Counted from the first letter of the stretch, positions 46,775 to 57,926 are shown. The stretch: DNA of 64,000 nucleotides from Gemmatimonadales bacterium (GCA_041613315.1 JBFJHJ010000007.1:25759-89758); one strand, 5' to 3'. The notes: generated by a model not told the origin, from the letters alone. Program-made: numbers and translations.

Positions 46775-49627
46775 ATGCGATCGAGGTGCCTCGCGCTCGC
46801 CGCCTGGAGCGTCACCGCCCTATCCGTCCTTGCCGCGCCGGCCGCGGCCCAGCGACTCCCGATCGTGCCCCAGGATGCGTGCCGGTCGGAGATGGAGGCG
46901 CGTCTCGCCTTCGGGCTCTGCCCCGGTCGGACGTTCAACTTCTACGCGTCGGAGACGTACCGCGAGGGCATTCCCACACCGGAGGCCGTGCTGGGCTACC
47001 CGCCGGGAAGCTGGCACACGGTGTACGGCCGCATGGAGCGCTACCTCCAGGCCTTGAGCGCCGCGGCGCCCGAGCGCGTGCGGGTCTTCGACTATGGGAT
47101 GAGTGTCGAGCGCCAGGTGATGCACCTGGTGGCGGTCTCTGGCGAGGCGCACATCGCGCGGCTCGATGCGATCCGCGCCGACCTCGCACGGCTCGCCGAC
47201 CCACGCCGCACGAGCGCGGCGCAAGCGGACGAGATCATCACCCGGCTTCCGATCGTCGTGTGGCTCAATGCCGCGAACGACGGTAACGAGACGGCGGCGT
47301 TCGAGGCCGCGATGCAGATGGCCTATCAGCTGGCGGCTGGCGAGGATGCCCGGACCCGGATGCTGCGGGATTCGGCGTTGACGCTCATCAACCTGGCGCA
47401 CAATCCCGAAAGTCACGAGCGGCACGCCGCCTGGTACAATGCCTTCGTGATGGGGGACCCCGACCCGGCCGCGCTGGAACATCGCGCGCCCTGGGGCATG
47501 AGCACCAATAACAACCACTATCAGTTTGACCTCAACCGGGATGCGCTGGGACTCACGCAGACCGAGTCCCGGGCGGTGGCGGCGGAGATGCAGCAATGGC
47601 GGCCGCAGGTGTTCGTCGATCTCCACGGCCAGACGACTCAATTCTTCTTCCCCCCGGCCGCCACCCCCGTGAACCCGATCTATCCCCCGCAGCTCAACGA
47701 ATGGCTGGAGGTGTTCGGCCGCGGCAACGCGGCGGCGTTCGACGCGTACGGGTGGAGCTACTACACGCGGGACATCTTCGATCTCCACTACCCGGGCTAC
47801 TGGGACACCTATCCCGCGCTCCACGGCGCGACGGGCATGACGTACGAGACCGACGGCGGTGGGAGCAAGGGGGTGCGGTGGCGGCGGGACGACGGCACGA
47901 TCCTCACCTTCGCCGACGGGATCGCGCACCACTTCGTCGCGGGTCTGGCGACGGTCGAGACCGCGGCGCGGAACCGGCGCGCGCGGCTCCGCAGCTACTA
48001 CGACTACTTCCAGAGCGCGCTGCAGAGCGCGGGCGGCACCGAGCTGCGCACGGTCGTCATTGTGCCGGGAAACCAGCCGTACCGGGCGGCGCGCCTCGCG
48101 ACGACGCTGGCCCGGCACGGCATCGAGGTGGGACGCGTGATGTTGCCGGGGCGGATGACCGGCACCGACTACCTGACCGGCCGGCGCGGCGAGGTCTCGG
48201 TGCCGGTCGGAGCGTACGTCGTGCAGCTCGCGCAGCCGAACGCGCGCATCGCCGGTACGCTTCTCGTGCCGAACGTGCAGCTCCCCGACAGCTTCGCGGC
48301 GCAGGAGCTGGCGCGGCGGGCCCGGAACGCCCGCCGCGGGCCCGATGATCAGGAGCGGCATGCCTTCTACGATGTCACGGCGTGGAACCTCATCCTGGCG
48401 GCCGGCGTCCGCGGCTATTGGAGTGGTCAGGCCGTGTCGTTGCAGGCGGAGCCGATCACGCTCGGTGAGGGCATGACGAGAGCGCCGGGCGGCTGGGGGT
48501 CCGAGGTCGCGTGGCCACTCGGGGGTGGCGTGTCGGGCCGCGCCCAGAGTGCCTACGTGTGGGCGCCGGGCGACCGTGGCGCCGTCCGGCTCCTCGCCCG
48601 GCTCCTGGACGAGGGGTTCAATGTGGCCGTGAGTACCCGGCCGCCGGTGGTGGACGGTCGCGATTACCCGCGCGGCACGTACATCGCACGGGTGGACCGC
48701 AACCCCGGCACGCTCCACGAGCGGATCGCCGTGCTCGCGGAGGAAACGGGTGTAGCCGTCATGGCGGCTGGGAGCGCGTACCCCGATCGCGGCCCCACGG
48801 GGACCGGGTCCGAGAGCACGCGAACCCTCACCGCGCCGCGCATCGCGGTCGCCGCGGGGGAGGGGGTCCGCATTACGGCGTTCGCCGCCGTGTGGTTCGA
48901 GCTGGAGCGCCGCGTGGCGTATCCGTTCACGGCGCTCCGGGCCGACGCCATGGGGCGAGCGTCGCTCGATCACTTCGACGTCATCGTCCTGCCCGACGGC
49001 GGCTACGGCGCGACCCTGGGCAAGGACGGCGCCGCGAAGTTGCGTGACTGGGTGGAGCGGGGCGGGACGCTGATCGGTTTCGGCGGTGGTGCCGACTGGG
49101 TGATGGACAACGAGCTCGGGACGTCCCATGCCGAGCCGGATACGACGCGACCGGCTGCCGATACGATCCGCGCCATCCTTCGGACGATCGACGCGGCAGC
49201 GCCGCCGGGCACCGTGGTGCCCCCGCTAGCCAGCCCCGACGCGCGGCCCGATGCGCCGCTCCGCGTTCCGGGGGCGTTCCTGCGCGCGCGACTCGACATG
49301 ACGCACTGGCTCACGTTCGGCTATGCCGACGACGAGCTCCCGGTGTTGATGCGCAGCTTGCCGCTGCGCTCGTCCAAGAGTGGGGCCAATCCCGTGGTTC
49401 TTGCGACGCGGGATCGGGTCGTCATGAGCGGCTTCGCCTGGCCGGACAACACGCCACGCATCTACGCGGAGCGGCCGTACGCCACGGTGGATGACGTCCG
49501 TCGGGGACGCGTCATTCTGTTCGCCGATGACCCGGTGTACCGCGGGGTCTTCGACGGACCGGCGACGCTGTTCACCAACGCGATCTTCTTGGGAGCGCCG
49601 GGGCGGCCGGACGCCGACTCCCGCTAG
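46775..49627 (+). CDS. Exported M14-family zinc carboxypeptidase-like protein
   Basis: IPTPE.VLGY, DGNE, NHYQFDLNRD, DLHGQ, GMTYE, C-terminal GATase-like domain. Confidence 0.85.
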   Translation: MRSRCLALAAWSVTALSVLAAPAAAQRLPIVPQDACRSEMEARLAFGLCPGRTFNFYASETYREGIPTPEAVLGYPPGSWHTVYGRMERYLQALSAAAPERVRVFDYGMSVERQVMHLVAVSGEAHIARLDAIRADLARLADPRRTSAAQADEIITRLPIVVWLNAANDGNETAAFEAAMQMAYQLAAGEDARTRMLRDSALTLINLAHNPESHERHAAWYNAFVMGDPDPAALEHRAPWGMSTNNNHYQFDLNRDALGLTQTESRAVAAEMQQWRPQVFVDLHGQTTQFFFPPAATPVNPIYPPQLNEWLEVFGRGNAAAFDAYGWSYYTRDIFDLHYPGYWDTYPALHGATGMTYETDGGGSKGVRWRRDDGTILTFADGIAHHFVAGLATVETAARNRRARLRSYYDYFQSALQSAGGTELRTVVIVPGNQPYRAARLATTLARHGIEVGRVMLPGRMTGTDYLTGRRGEVSVPVGAYVVQLAQPNARIAGTLLVPNVQLPDSFAAQELARRARNARRGPDDQERHAFYDVTAWNLILAAGVRGYWSGQAVSLQAEPITLGEGMTRAPGGWGSEVAWPLGGGVSGRAQSAYVWAPGDRGAVRLLARLLDEGFNVAVSTRPPVVDGRDYPRGTYIARVDRNPGTLHERIAVLAEETGVAVMAAGSAYPDRGPTGTGSESTRTLTAPRIAVAAGEGVRITAFAAVWFELERRVAYPFTALRADAMGRASLDHFDVIVLPDGGYGATLGKDGAAKLRDWVERGGTLIGFGGGADWVMDNELGTSHAEPDTTRPAADTIRAILRTIDAAAPPGTVVPPLASPDARPDAPLRVPGAFLRARLDMTHWLTFGYADDELPVLMRSLPLRSSKSGANPVVLATRDRVVMSGFAWPDNTPRIYAERPYATVDDVRRGRVILFADDPVYRGVFDGPATLFTNAIFLGAPGRPDADSR

Positions 49628-49700
49628 GGGCCGGCGCGACGCCTGGGCGGCACGGCGCATCGTGTTAGCGTTAACGAGTCACCTCCGCACGGCTCGAACG

Positions 49701-51197
49701 ATGACGCTTGGCCGGCGCCGCGCCCCGGCGCTGGGACGTAGTCCGCGACTCCTCGTGGTGACGACCGCCGCGCTGCCGGCGTTCGTCGTGGCGGCCGTGC
49801 CGGTCGTGGCCCAGCACGCGCCCCCGGCCGATGCCGCGGCCGTCGTGGCCGCGCTCGACTCCATCGGCGCGCGGCCCCTGTGGCCGGGGTTCGATCCCCG
49901 GCGCATTCCGCTGGCGATCTTCGACGGCTCGCACACCTATCTCTTTCGGCACGGCGGACCGCCGCCCGAGTTCCTCCCGCTCCCTGACGCCGACGACGTC
50001 GGGGTGTTCCCCGGCCGGCATGCCGTGATGACCGCCAACACCTGGGTCGAGCTGGCGGGCGTGCCCACGGCGACGGTGCTGCTGGACTCGACCGGCACCG
50101 CCTCCGCGCTCGAGCTCGCCGCGCTCGCCGTACACGAGGCCTTCCACGCGTTTCAAGGTCCGCGCCATCCGGAGTGGGCGGCTAACGAGGCCGAGCTATT
50201 CGCGTATCCGACTGCCGAGGCCGAGCTGCTGGCGATGCGGCGGCTCGAGTCCGATGCGCTGCGCCGGTCGATCGCGACGCCGAACAAGGGCCGGGCGGGG
50301 TGCTGGGCGCGCCTCGCGCTCCAGTACCGCCAGCAGCGCTTCCGCGGGCTGCCGGAGACGGCCGTGGCGTACGAGCGCGGCACCGAGCTGCACGAGGGGC
50401 TCGCGCAGTACGTGCAGAGCCGCGCGCTAGGTATGCGGCTGGGCAGGGGGATCCCGGCGGACGACTTCCCGCCCGACGCGGTGCGCCTTCGCGCCTACGC
50501 CGTCGGCGAAGCGCTGGCGCTGACCCTGGACCGCTTCGACGACGAGTGGAAGCGACAACTCGAGGTCGGCCGAGCGGCGTCTCTCGATCAGCTGTTGAGC
50601 CAGGTCCTCGGCGGCCAACTCCGCGGGTCCTGCGGGTATTCGACGCAGCAGCGAAGCGCGGCGCGCCGGCAGGCGCGCGACGCCGTCGAGGCGATGGAGC
50701 GGCAGCGCGCGGCGCAGCGTGAGGCGTTCCTTCTGGAACCCGGATGGGCGGTGGTCGTCGTGGTCGCCGACGCGTCCGAGCCGCTCTGGCCGCGCGCGTT
50801 CGATCCGTTGAACGCACGGACGTTGGGCGGCGGGGACGTGCTCCACACCCGCTGGCTACGCCTCGCGAACGAAAGCGGGACGCTCGAGGTCCTCGGCCGA
50901 GCGGCGCTCACCAAGGCGGCGGGCGCGCACCCGCTGTTCAACGGCATTCGCGAGGTGGCGTTCACGGGATTCGCTGATCCGCCCGTGGTTCGCCAGTCGC
51001 ACGATACCGTGACGATCGACGCGCCGGGATTCGCGGCCCAGTTCCGTGGCGTGCAGCTGGAGCGGGCGGACTCGACTCTCACTCTCCGGCTGGGGGCGGT
51101 CGCTGGCGCACACCGACTGGACGCGGGGGCAGCTCGTGCCGTACTACCGGTGGGTGACGCCGCCCGAGCGGCTGTACTGGTGCTGGGGAGGCGCTGA
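49701..51197 (+). CDS. Exported gluzincin-like protein; C-terminus probably chimeric
   Basis: Signal peptide; HEAFH and EGLAQY. Confidence 0.7.
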   Translation: MTLGRRRAPALGRSPRLLVVTTAALPAFVVAAVPVVAQHAPPADAAAVVAALDSIGARPLWPGFDPRRIPLAIFDGSHTYLFRHGGPPPEFLPLPDADDVGVFPGRHAVMTANTWVELAGVPTATVLLDSTGTASALELAALAVHEAFHAFQGPRHPEWAANEAELFAYPTAEAELLAMRRLESDALRRSIATPNKGRAGCWARLALQYRQQRFRGLPETAVAYERGTELHEGLAQYVQSRALGMRLGRGIPADDFPPDAVRLRAYAVGEALALTLDRFDDEWKRQLEVGRAASLDQLLSQVLGGQLRGSCGYSTQQRSAARRQARDAVEAMERQRAAQREAFLLEPGWAVVVVVADASEPLWPRAFDPLNARTLGGGDVLHTRWLRLANESGTLEVLGRAALTKAAGAHPLFNGIREVAFTGFADPPVVRQSHDTVTIDAPGFAAQFRGVQLERADSTLTLRLGAVAGAHRLDAGAARAVLPVGDAARAAVLVLGRR

Positions 51198-51203
51198 GCG
51201 GCG

Positions 51204-52038
51204 ATGCAATCATTGGAGCGGGCCTTCGCGTTCATCCATCCAGCCACGCTGACCGGGGCGCTCACCTACGCGGCGCTGTTCGCCGTGCTGGGCGTGCTGG
51301 GCACGTTCGTCATCCGCGGCGTGGCCCGAAAGGCGCTCGCGCGGAATTCGGTGGACCGGACGGCCGTGTCCTTTCTCCGGCCGCTGGCGCAGATCGTGCT
51401 CTGGACCGTGCTCGCGGTGAGCTACGCCCACCTGATCCCCGCGCTCCGGGTCCTGGGCACGGCGCTGCTCGCCGGGGCCAGCGTCGCGTCCATCGTGATC
51501 GGGCTCGCCGCGCAGAACACCCTGGGTAACGCGATCGCGGGCTTGGCACTCTTGATCTACCGCCCGTTCCGGGTGGGGGACCGGATCCAGGTCATGGCGC
51601 CCACGGGCGTGGAGACCGGCATGGTCGAGAGTGTGAGCCTCGGCTATACGATCCTCCAGACCTTCGACAACCGCCGGATCGTGATGCCCAACAGCCAGAT
51701 CGGGAGCCAGACCACGGTCAAGCCTGACGAGCATCGATCCGCGGGTGATGGCGGCGGTGGCGATCGGCATCGCGTATACGGCCGACACGGAAGGGGCGCG
51801 GGCGATCCTGCTGGAGCTGGCGCGCGGCCACCGGGAGGTGCTTGAGGTCGTCGACTGCCCGGTGATTCAGCTCGGCACCTCGAGCGTGACCCTCAGTCTG
51901 CGCGCGTGGTGCCACGATCCGATGGCGGCGCGGCGCTTCGAGTTCGATCTGTACGAGCGTGCGAAGCGGCGGTTCGACGAGGCCGGCATCGAGATCCCGT
52001 ACGCGTACACTAACGTCATTCTGAAGCGCGAATCGTGA
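51204..52038 (+). pseudogene. mscS: Frameshifted MscS mechanosensitive channel
   Basis: GLAAQNTLGN, RPFRVGDRI, MPNSQI; +1 base at about 51722 (GTC AAGC CTG, expected V-N-L); continues to AGIEIPY. Confidence 0.85.
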
Positions 52039-52839
52039 GCGGCGCGCTGCTGCGGGCGCCCGAGCGCTATGGCTACGCCGGGGTGGCGGTCGGCGTGCTG
52101 CTCGAAAGTGCCGGCCTCCCCGTGCCCGGCGAGACGGCGCTGATCGCCGCCGCCTTCGCCGCATCCCAGGGCGTCCTCGCCCTTCCGCTCGTGATCGCGA
52201 GCGCCGCCGCCGCCGGCATCCGCGGTGACAACCTTTGATCGCCGAAGACGTAACCCACAGCGAGGCCGCGCCGTTCGACGACGCGGTCCGGGTCTGGGTG
52301 CTGAGCCACCACTGGCGGCGGTGGAAGCCCTCATGACGGTGGTCACATGGCTGGGTCGTCGGCCATCCTCGTCCCGCTTGTCGGGGCGGCCGGGTGGATG
52401 CTGTAGCGTCGCGGCGGGGTACGTGCGGTGCTAGCGGCGGTCGCCGCGCCGGTCAGCGTCACCGCGGCGGCGGTGGGGCTGAAGGAGCTGTTCCATCGGG
52501 CCCGGCCCACCGGTGCGGCCCCGGCGGAATTCATCGACTACAGTTTCCCGAGCGGGCACACGACGGCGGCGACGGCGGTGTACCTCACGATCGCCGTCGT
52601 GCTATTGCGGGAGCGGATGGCAGGCCGGTGGCCTCGTCGGTGTGGCGGCGGCGCTGGCGCTCGGCGTGGGGCTCTCCAGAATCTACCTCGACGTCCACTG
52701 GGCGACCGACGTGCTGGGCGGGTGGGCCGTCGGTCTCTTCATCTCCACGCTGTGCGTCGCGCTCTACGAGCGGCTTGCCCTGGCGGACCCCTCGGCGCGC
52801 GGCGACGTCGTGGCGCGAGGCGGAACCCCGGCTCCCTGA
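52035..52839 (+). pseudogene. Degraded DedA fragment joined to a frameshifted PAP2 phosphatase
   Basis: ESAGLPVPGE..GDNL* then IAEDV..FD; KELFHRARP, SFPSGH and SRIYLDVHWATDVLGG lie in different frames. Confidence 0.8.
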
Positions 52840-53830
52840 GGCTTCGCCGGCGTGGCCCGAGCGGCGTGGCCGTAGAACATGTGCTTCGCCGCTTCCGCGG
52901 CGATGATGTATGCGGCCACGATGCCCCCGAGCGGCACGAGGAACCGGACGGGGAGCGGTGTGAATCCTAGGAGGCCGGCCAGCGGGGTGTACGGCAGGGC
53001 CACGGTGGCCGCGGCGACGAGGAGGGTGGCGCCGACCAGGGCCGCGGCCGGACGCGAGCGGTGCAGGGGCCGGCGGCTCCGGACGACGAGCACGACGAGC
53101 GCCGCCGAGACCACGGATTCCAAGAACCAGCCGGTGCGGAACGCGGTGGCGTCGGCGTGCAGGAGCAGCAGGAGCACGCCAACGTCAGGAAGTCGAAGAC
53201 CGAGCTCACCAGCCCGAATGTGAGCATGTAACGTCGGATGAACCGGACATCCTACCGCTGTGGCCGTTCGACGAGCTCGGGGTCCACGCGGTCCGCCGCG
53301 ATCGTCATCTCGGGGAAGTCGGTCATCAAGTTGGTCAACAGAATCTGTTTGGGGAGCAGCGGCAGGAACGGCAGGAACAAGGAAGCCCCCGCCATGCTGA
53401 ACATGTTGCCGAAGTTCGCGCTGGTCGCCATGAACACGTACTTGAGCGTGTTGGCGAACGTGATGCGGCCCTCGCGGACCCCGTCGGCGAGCACCCTGAG
53501 GTCCGGGGCGAGCAGCACGATGTCGGCGGCTTCCTTGGCGACGTCCACGGCGGTGTTGACGGAGATGCCGACGTCCGCGGAGTGTAGGGCCGAGGCGTCG
53601 TTGATCCCGTCGCCCAAGAACCCCACGACGTGCCCCGCCCGCTTGAGGGCCAGGACGATCCGTTCCTTCTGGTTGGGCTCGACTTCAGCGAAGACGTCGG
53701 ACGCCGCCGCACGCACCTGCAGTGCCGCGTCGGTCATGGTGCGGATGTCCCGCCCGGTGAGGACGCGCGGCTCGGCGATCCCCACGTCGGTGGCGACGGC
53801 CGCCCTCGGGAGTCGCCGCGGGCCGAGGCG
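52840..53830 (-). pseudogene. mgtA: 3' remnant of a Mg2+-transporting P-type ATPase
   Basis: GDGINDA, ANFGNMFS, PKQILLTNL, FRTGWFLES; TAG in place of Trp at 53252-54; frameshift near 53180; no DKTGT or N-terminal part. Confidence 0.85.
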
Positions 53831-53861
53831 TGTAGCCGTGCGGTGACGCGAGCCGGCCCGG

Positions 53862-54329
53862 CTAACAGTTCGGCGCGCGCTCGCGGCGTTCGTCGAAGGT
53901 GACCGTCTTGTTCGTCTTCCGGACGCGGATGATCTCGACGGGATACGCCTCTGCCGGAAACGGCTCGCAGGCGAGGACCGTGCGGACGACCGCCACGAAG
54001 AAGTCCCCGCGCACCCCGACGCTGTCCACCCGAATCTGGTCTCCCGGGCTCATCCGGCCTGCCGCGACGATGAGGACCATGTCTCGATTGAAATCGATCG
54101 CGGGCAGGGACGGCGGCGACGGCTGGCCGGAGGTGGCCTGCTCCCACCGGCTGCGGAGCTCGGCCTCGGTGAACACGGCGAGGCGCAGGGAGTCCACGAG
54201 CCCCGGCCGATTGTCGGAGTAGAGTCGGTCAGTCGGCAACACCGGCTCCAGGCTCCGCACGCCGCCGCGCATGCACGCGCTCGCAACGAGCCCCAGCGTC
54301 GACAGCAGCAACACGATTCGCAATCCCAT
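53862..54329 (-). CDS. Lipoprotein with PrcB C-terminal-like domain
   Basis: GAGGTG RBS; lipobox ASAC; W...PAIDFNRDMVLIVAAG. Confidence 0.7.
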   Translation of the reverse strand: MGLRIVLLLSTLGLVASACMRGGVRSLEPVLPTDRLYSDNRPGLVDSLRLAVFTEAELRSRWEQATSGQPSPPSLPAIDFNRDMVLIVAAGRMSPGDQIRVDSVGVRGDFFVAVVRTVLACEPFPAEAYPVEIIRVRKTNKTVTFDERRERAPNC

Positions 54330-54442
54330 GCTCACCTCATTGTGTCAGAAGACGGTAGCCGCAGCGTGAGGCCCGGCCACGTTTCCCGCGGGGCCCATTC
54401 GCCCGTGCGGCCCGCTGCTCCGCTGCGGTTGCGGCGCTCGCA

Positions 54443-57400
54443 TCAGCGCACGATCTGACTGACGCATGTGAGGCCGGTGAGGTAGCCGCTACGGAGCACG
54501 GGCGGCGCCCCCGCGAAATTGACCTCCGCCTGGAACGTCACGGAGCGGTCGGGCGTCGCAATGTCCCACTGGACCACGTAGAGGTCTCCGACGGGCCGCC
54601 AACCCGTGGCCCGCTCGAAGAGCCGGAAGAGCGCCCACTGCCCCTGGAAACGCAGCAGGAGCTCGTCGCGCCCGCCAATGTCGCCGCGGAGCGAGACCTC
54701 GCGGGCGGTTGCGCCGTTCCAGGTGAAGGGCTGCGACGACACCTGCGTCCGCGTGTACCGCTGGGTACGGCCGTCCACGCTGAGCGTGACGCCGGGCAGC
54801 GCCTCGGACAGGACCGGGCGGAACGTGAACTCGATGCGGGCGTCCTGTCTACCGCCGCGCCATAGCGTGTTGGAGACGCTCGCCGCGCGGTTGAAGAACT
54901 CCAAGAACGCCGGTGTGGGCCGCACGGACGCGCCGACTTTCGGCATGTAGCGGTCCCCCTGCAGCACCAGGAGCTCCTGCAGCGTTTCCTGATAGAACGT
55001 CCACAGCGCACCGGCGCCCGGTTGCAGCAGTCCGGCGACGTCCGCGAGGCTCGCGTCGTTGGTGGCTCGCGGATCGAACGGATACTGGGTCGCGAGGCGG
55101 CGGAACGGCTGGCAGAGTTGCCCGCCCGCCGCGTTCAGTGCATTCGCGGGGAGGGCCTGCAGCAGGCCCTCGACACGCGTCACAGGCTCGCGGAGCAGGC
55201 GCTGCACGGCCTCCCCTACCGGCTTGGCCTCGCCGTCAATGCTGAACTGGAGCGCGAGTTGCCGCGCCGCCGCCCGGGCCCGCTGCGCGTTCTCGAGCAC
55301 CTGTCCGACCAAGCCCTCGGCGCGGCCGGCCGGCGCGGCCGCGGCCTGCTCCACGGAGGACTGGAGCGCGATGAGGGCCTGCATGTAGGCTTGGTTCGAT
55401 TCGCCGATGTACTTGTCCGTCACGTCGGGCGGCGTCACCAGGTGCACGGGCTGGAACGCCGCCCCGACCAGGGCGGAGTCGACCGTTGTCTCCTGCGCGG
55501 CGAGGAACAACAGCTGGAGCATCGGCGACTGGTTGCTGCTCAGGCGGGCCAGCTTTCGCGCGGCGTCGCCCACGCCGCCGTAGCGAACGATCTCCGCCGC
55601 GCTCAAGTACTCTCGCCAATGGCGCACGTAATCCGCGACGTACCTGGCGCGGAGTTGGTCCACCAGGTCGGCACGGTTCTGGGGTACTTGCCCCTCTCCC
55701 CCCAGCACCCAATCGGCGCCGCCGAAGAACTGATCGACGTTGCGGAAGGCGTCGCGCATGAACGTCCAGCCGCGCCGTGTGAACGCGCCCGGAACCTGGT
55801 AGTCGTCGGTGACCGCGTCTGTGGCCCCGGGGAACGCGCTCGCAAACTGGACCGGCGGGTGCTGCCCCGAGGCTTCCGCGATCATCACGCGGTAGATCCG
55901 GTCCGTCCCCGAGAAGCCCTGGAGAAAGGTTCGCGTCACCTGCACCGCGCGCACATCGGCGTCCGCCGTACAGTCGTGCGTTTGGCACAGCTCCCCGTAG
56001 AACGCGAACTGGCGTCCGGCCAGCTCGAGGCGCTCCGTGTCGATCTCGCGCCCCCGCAGCCAACGCTCCAGCAGGCGGGGCGCGAGGAACGTGTCCCGCG
56101 GCGCGATCTTGTCGGGGTGCGTGGTCGTCATGAGGTACGCCATGAGCAGATCATACGCCCGATTGTAGTCCGCGGTCTCGCGTGGCGCGTCCGGTATTTC
56201 GCGCAGCGAGGCGAGCACCGACGCCCGGGCGGGATCCAACATGAGCCCCTCGACCCGGTCGTAGTACATCTGCCGCACGATCGGGTACAGCGCCGGCCCC
56301 GAGTACAGCCCCCACCGGAAGCGCCACGGCGCGCCTTCCCGCTGGTACCGGCTCAGCACGGCGAGCTGCGCTCGCAGCGTCTCCAGCCGCCTGAGGGCCG
56401 CGGCGGTCGGCAGCTCCTGGCCGGGCGGTGTCACCTCGAACGTCACGAGCGCCCGGGCGGCGTCGAGCACGCGGGTCTGGAGCCGCCGGTTGTTCGCGTA
56501 GGACACGAGCATCCCGAGGGTGAACAGCAGCGACAGCCCCGTGGCGGCGCCCAAGAGGAGGCGTCGGCGTAACATGAGGCGGGCGCCCATCTGCGTGACC
56601 GCCTGGGCGACCCGATCCCCGATGAAGACCGAGCGGAACAGATCGCCCACGAATACCCATTCGGGGATCTTGCGACCGCCCACCGGCGCGGGCCGGGCGG
56701 GCGTCGCGTCGGCCTGAGCCTGCCGCAGGTCGAACACCTGGGTGGCCGCCATCGCCGCCCGCTCGCCGGCCATGACCTGGGGGGCACGCGCGGCCGCGTC
56801 GGCGATGACCACCGGGCGAACCCCGCTGAAATAGACGCCGCGCAGCACGGGGCTCACCTGCAGCTGCTTGGGCCGACACAACTCCACCACGAAACGGCTC
56901 GCCAGGTCGGCGAGCTTGCGGATCTCGCGGGGAAACTCGTACACGCCCCCCCGCTGCTCTTCCCCGGCTTCGCGCGACAGAAGCTCCGGCCGTGCCGCCG
57001 CCATCGAGTTGAACAGGCGGCGAAGCGCCTCTTCGACGCGGCGATACTCGAGCTCCGCGTACGAGGCGGAGGCCCGCCGTGGCGGCCAGGCGAGGGTGGC
57101 GCCGACGATCTGCTGGGCCTCCTCGCGCGACAGATTGCGCGCGAAGTCGTCGAAGTGGGGCAGGCGGTCGGCTTTCGTGAACAGCACGTACACGGGCAAC
57201 TGGATGCCGAGCCCCCTCGAGACGTCCAACAGGCGCTCGCGGAGCGCTTGCGCGGCCGCCGGCACGGCTTGGGCGCTGCCGGGTTGGGCCAGCGCCTCGC
57301 AGCTGAAACACACCACCGCGAGGCGCGGCGGGGGCGTTCGGCCTGGCAGCAGGGTCACGAGCCGGCGGGGCCGAATGTGATGGATCAGCCGGGCCCATCG

Positions 57401-57910
57401 GTCGGCTCCGGTCAGCCCCCCGCCGGCCTCGATGAAGACCGTCTTCTGCGTGTACCACAAGTTGACGCCCGCCGTCGGCAGCACGGCCGCCCCGCGGAAG
57501 ACCTCGCCGGCGATGAGGTCGGGTTCGAGTCCGGAGTGCGCGATGACGCTGGTCTTCGCGCTCCCCTCCGGGCCGAGGAAGAGCACGACCGGCAGGTCGC
57601 GCAGCGGAGCGCCGCGGGCGACGCGCGCGGCCGCGAGCCGTGCGCGGGCGGAGGCGATGGTCAGATCGAGCTCGTCCTGCGTCGGCTCGGGCGCCGCCCC
57701 CGCCGGCCGCGACAGCAGGAACCAGAGCACGAGGCCGCCGGCCACGAACCCGACGACCCAGAGACCGATCCGGAGGATCCACAGGTCCCAGCCCGTGAGC
57801 CCGAGCCACCCGCCGAGGAACCACGTCAGCAGCAGGTAGGCGGCGAGCACCGCGAGGGTGATGAGCCAGACTCTCGCGGTGCGCGTCACCGGGCGGGACC
57901 TCCGCGGCAA
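54443..57910 (-). CDS. tssM: T6SS membrane complex subunit TssM
   Basis: Two N-terminal TMs, GPEGSAKT, PVYVLFTKAD, FPRE, LRGVYFS, third TM, RWGLY, VPGAFT, YPF, GQWALFRL. Confidence 0.92.
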   Translation of the reverse strand: MPRRSRPVTRTARVWLITLAVLAAYLLLTWFLGGWLGLTGWDLWILRIGLWVVGFVAGGLVLWFLLSRPAGAAPEPTQDELDLTIASARARLAAARVARGAPLRDLPVVLFLGPEGSAKTSVIAHSGLEPDLIAGEVFRGAAVLPTAGVNLWYTQKTVFIEAGGGLTGADRWARLIHHIRPRRLVTLLPGRTPPPRLAVVCFSCEALAQPGSAQAVPAAAQALRERLLDVSRGLGIQLPVYVLFTKADRLPHFDDFARNLSREEAQQIVGATLAWPPRRASASYAELEYRRVEEALRRLFNSMAAARPELLSREAGEEQRGGVYEFPREIRKLADLASRFVVELCRPKQLQVSPVLRGVYFSGVRPVVIADAAARAPQVMAGERAAMAATQVFDLRQAQADATPARPAPVGGRKIPEWVFVGDLFRSVFIGDRVAQAVTQMGARLMLRRRLLLGAATGLSLLFTLGMLVSYANNRRLQTRVLDAARALVTFEVTPPGQELPTAAALRRLETLRAQLAVLSRYQREGAPWRFRWGLYSGPALYPIVRQMYYDRVEGLMLDPARASVLASLREIPDAPRETADYNRAYDLLMAYLMTTTHPDKIAPRDTFLAPRLLERWLRGREIDTERLELAGRQFAFYGELCQTHDCTADADVRAVQVTRTFLQGFSGTDRIYRVMIAEASGQHPPVQFASAFPGATDAVTDDYQVPGAFTRRGWTFMRDAFRNVDQFFGGADWVLGGEGQVPQNRADLVDQLRARYVADYVRHWREYLSAAEIVRYGGVGDAARKLARLSSNQSPMLQLLFLAAQETTVDSALVGAAFQPVHLVTPPDVTDKYIGESNQAYMQALIALQSSVEQAAAAPAGRAEGLVGQVLENAQRARAAARQLALQFSIDGEAKPVGEAVQRLLREPVTRVEGLLQALPANALNAAGGQLCQPFRRLATQYPFDPRATNDASLADVAGLLQPGAGALWTFYQETLQELLVLQGDRYMPKVGASVRPTPAFLEFFNRAASVSNTLWRGGRQDARIEFTFRPVLSEALPGVTLSVDGRTQRYTRTQVSSQPFTWNGATAREVSLRGDIGGRDELLLRFQGQWALFRLFERATGWRPVGDLYVVQWDIATPDRSVTFQAEVNFAGAPPVLRSGYLTGLTCVSQIVR

Positions 57911-57926
57911 CGGTCGAGGCGCACCA

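Noticed and set aside
32902..49129. Long alternate or antisense ORFs (32902-34722, 38018-39553, 45115-46938, 46820-49129)
   Set aside because: Each overlaps a motif-supported gene in another frame or strand
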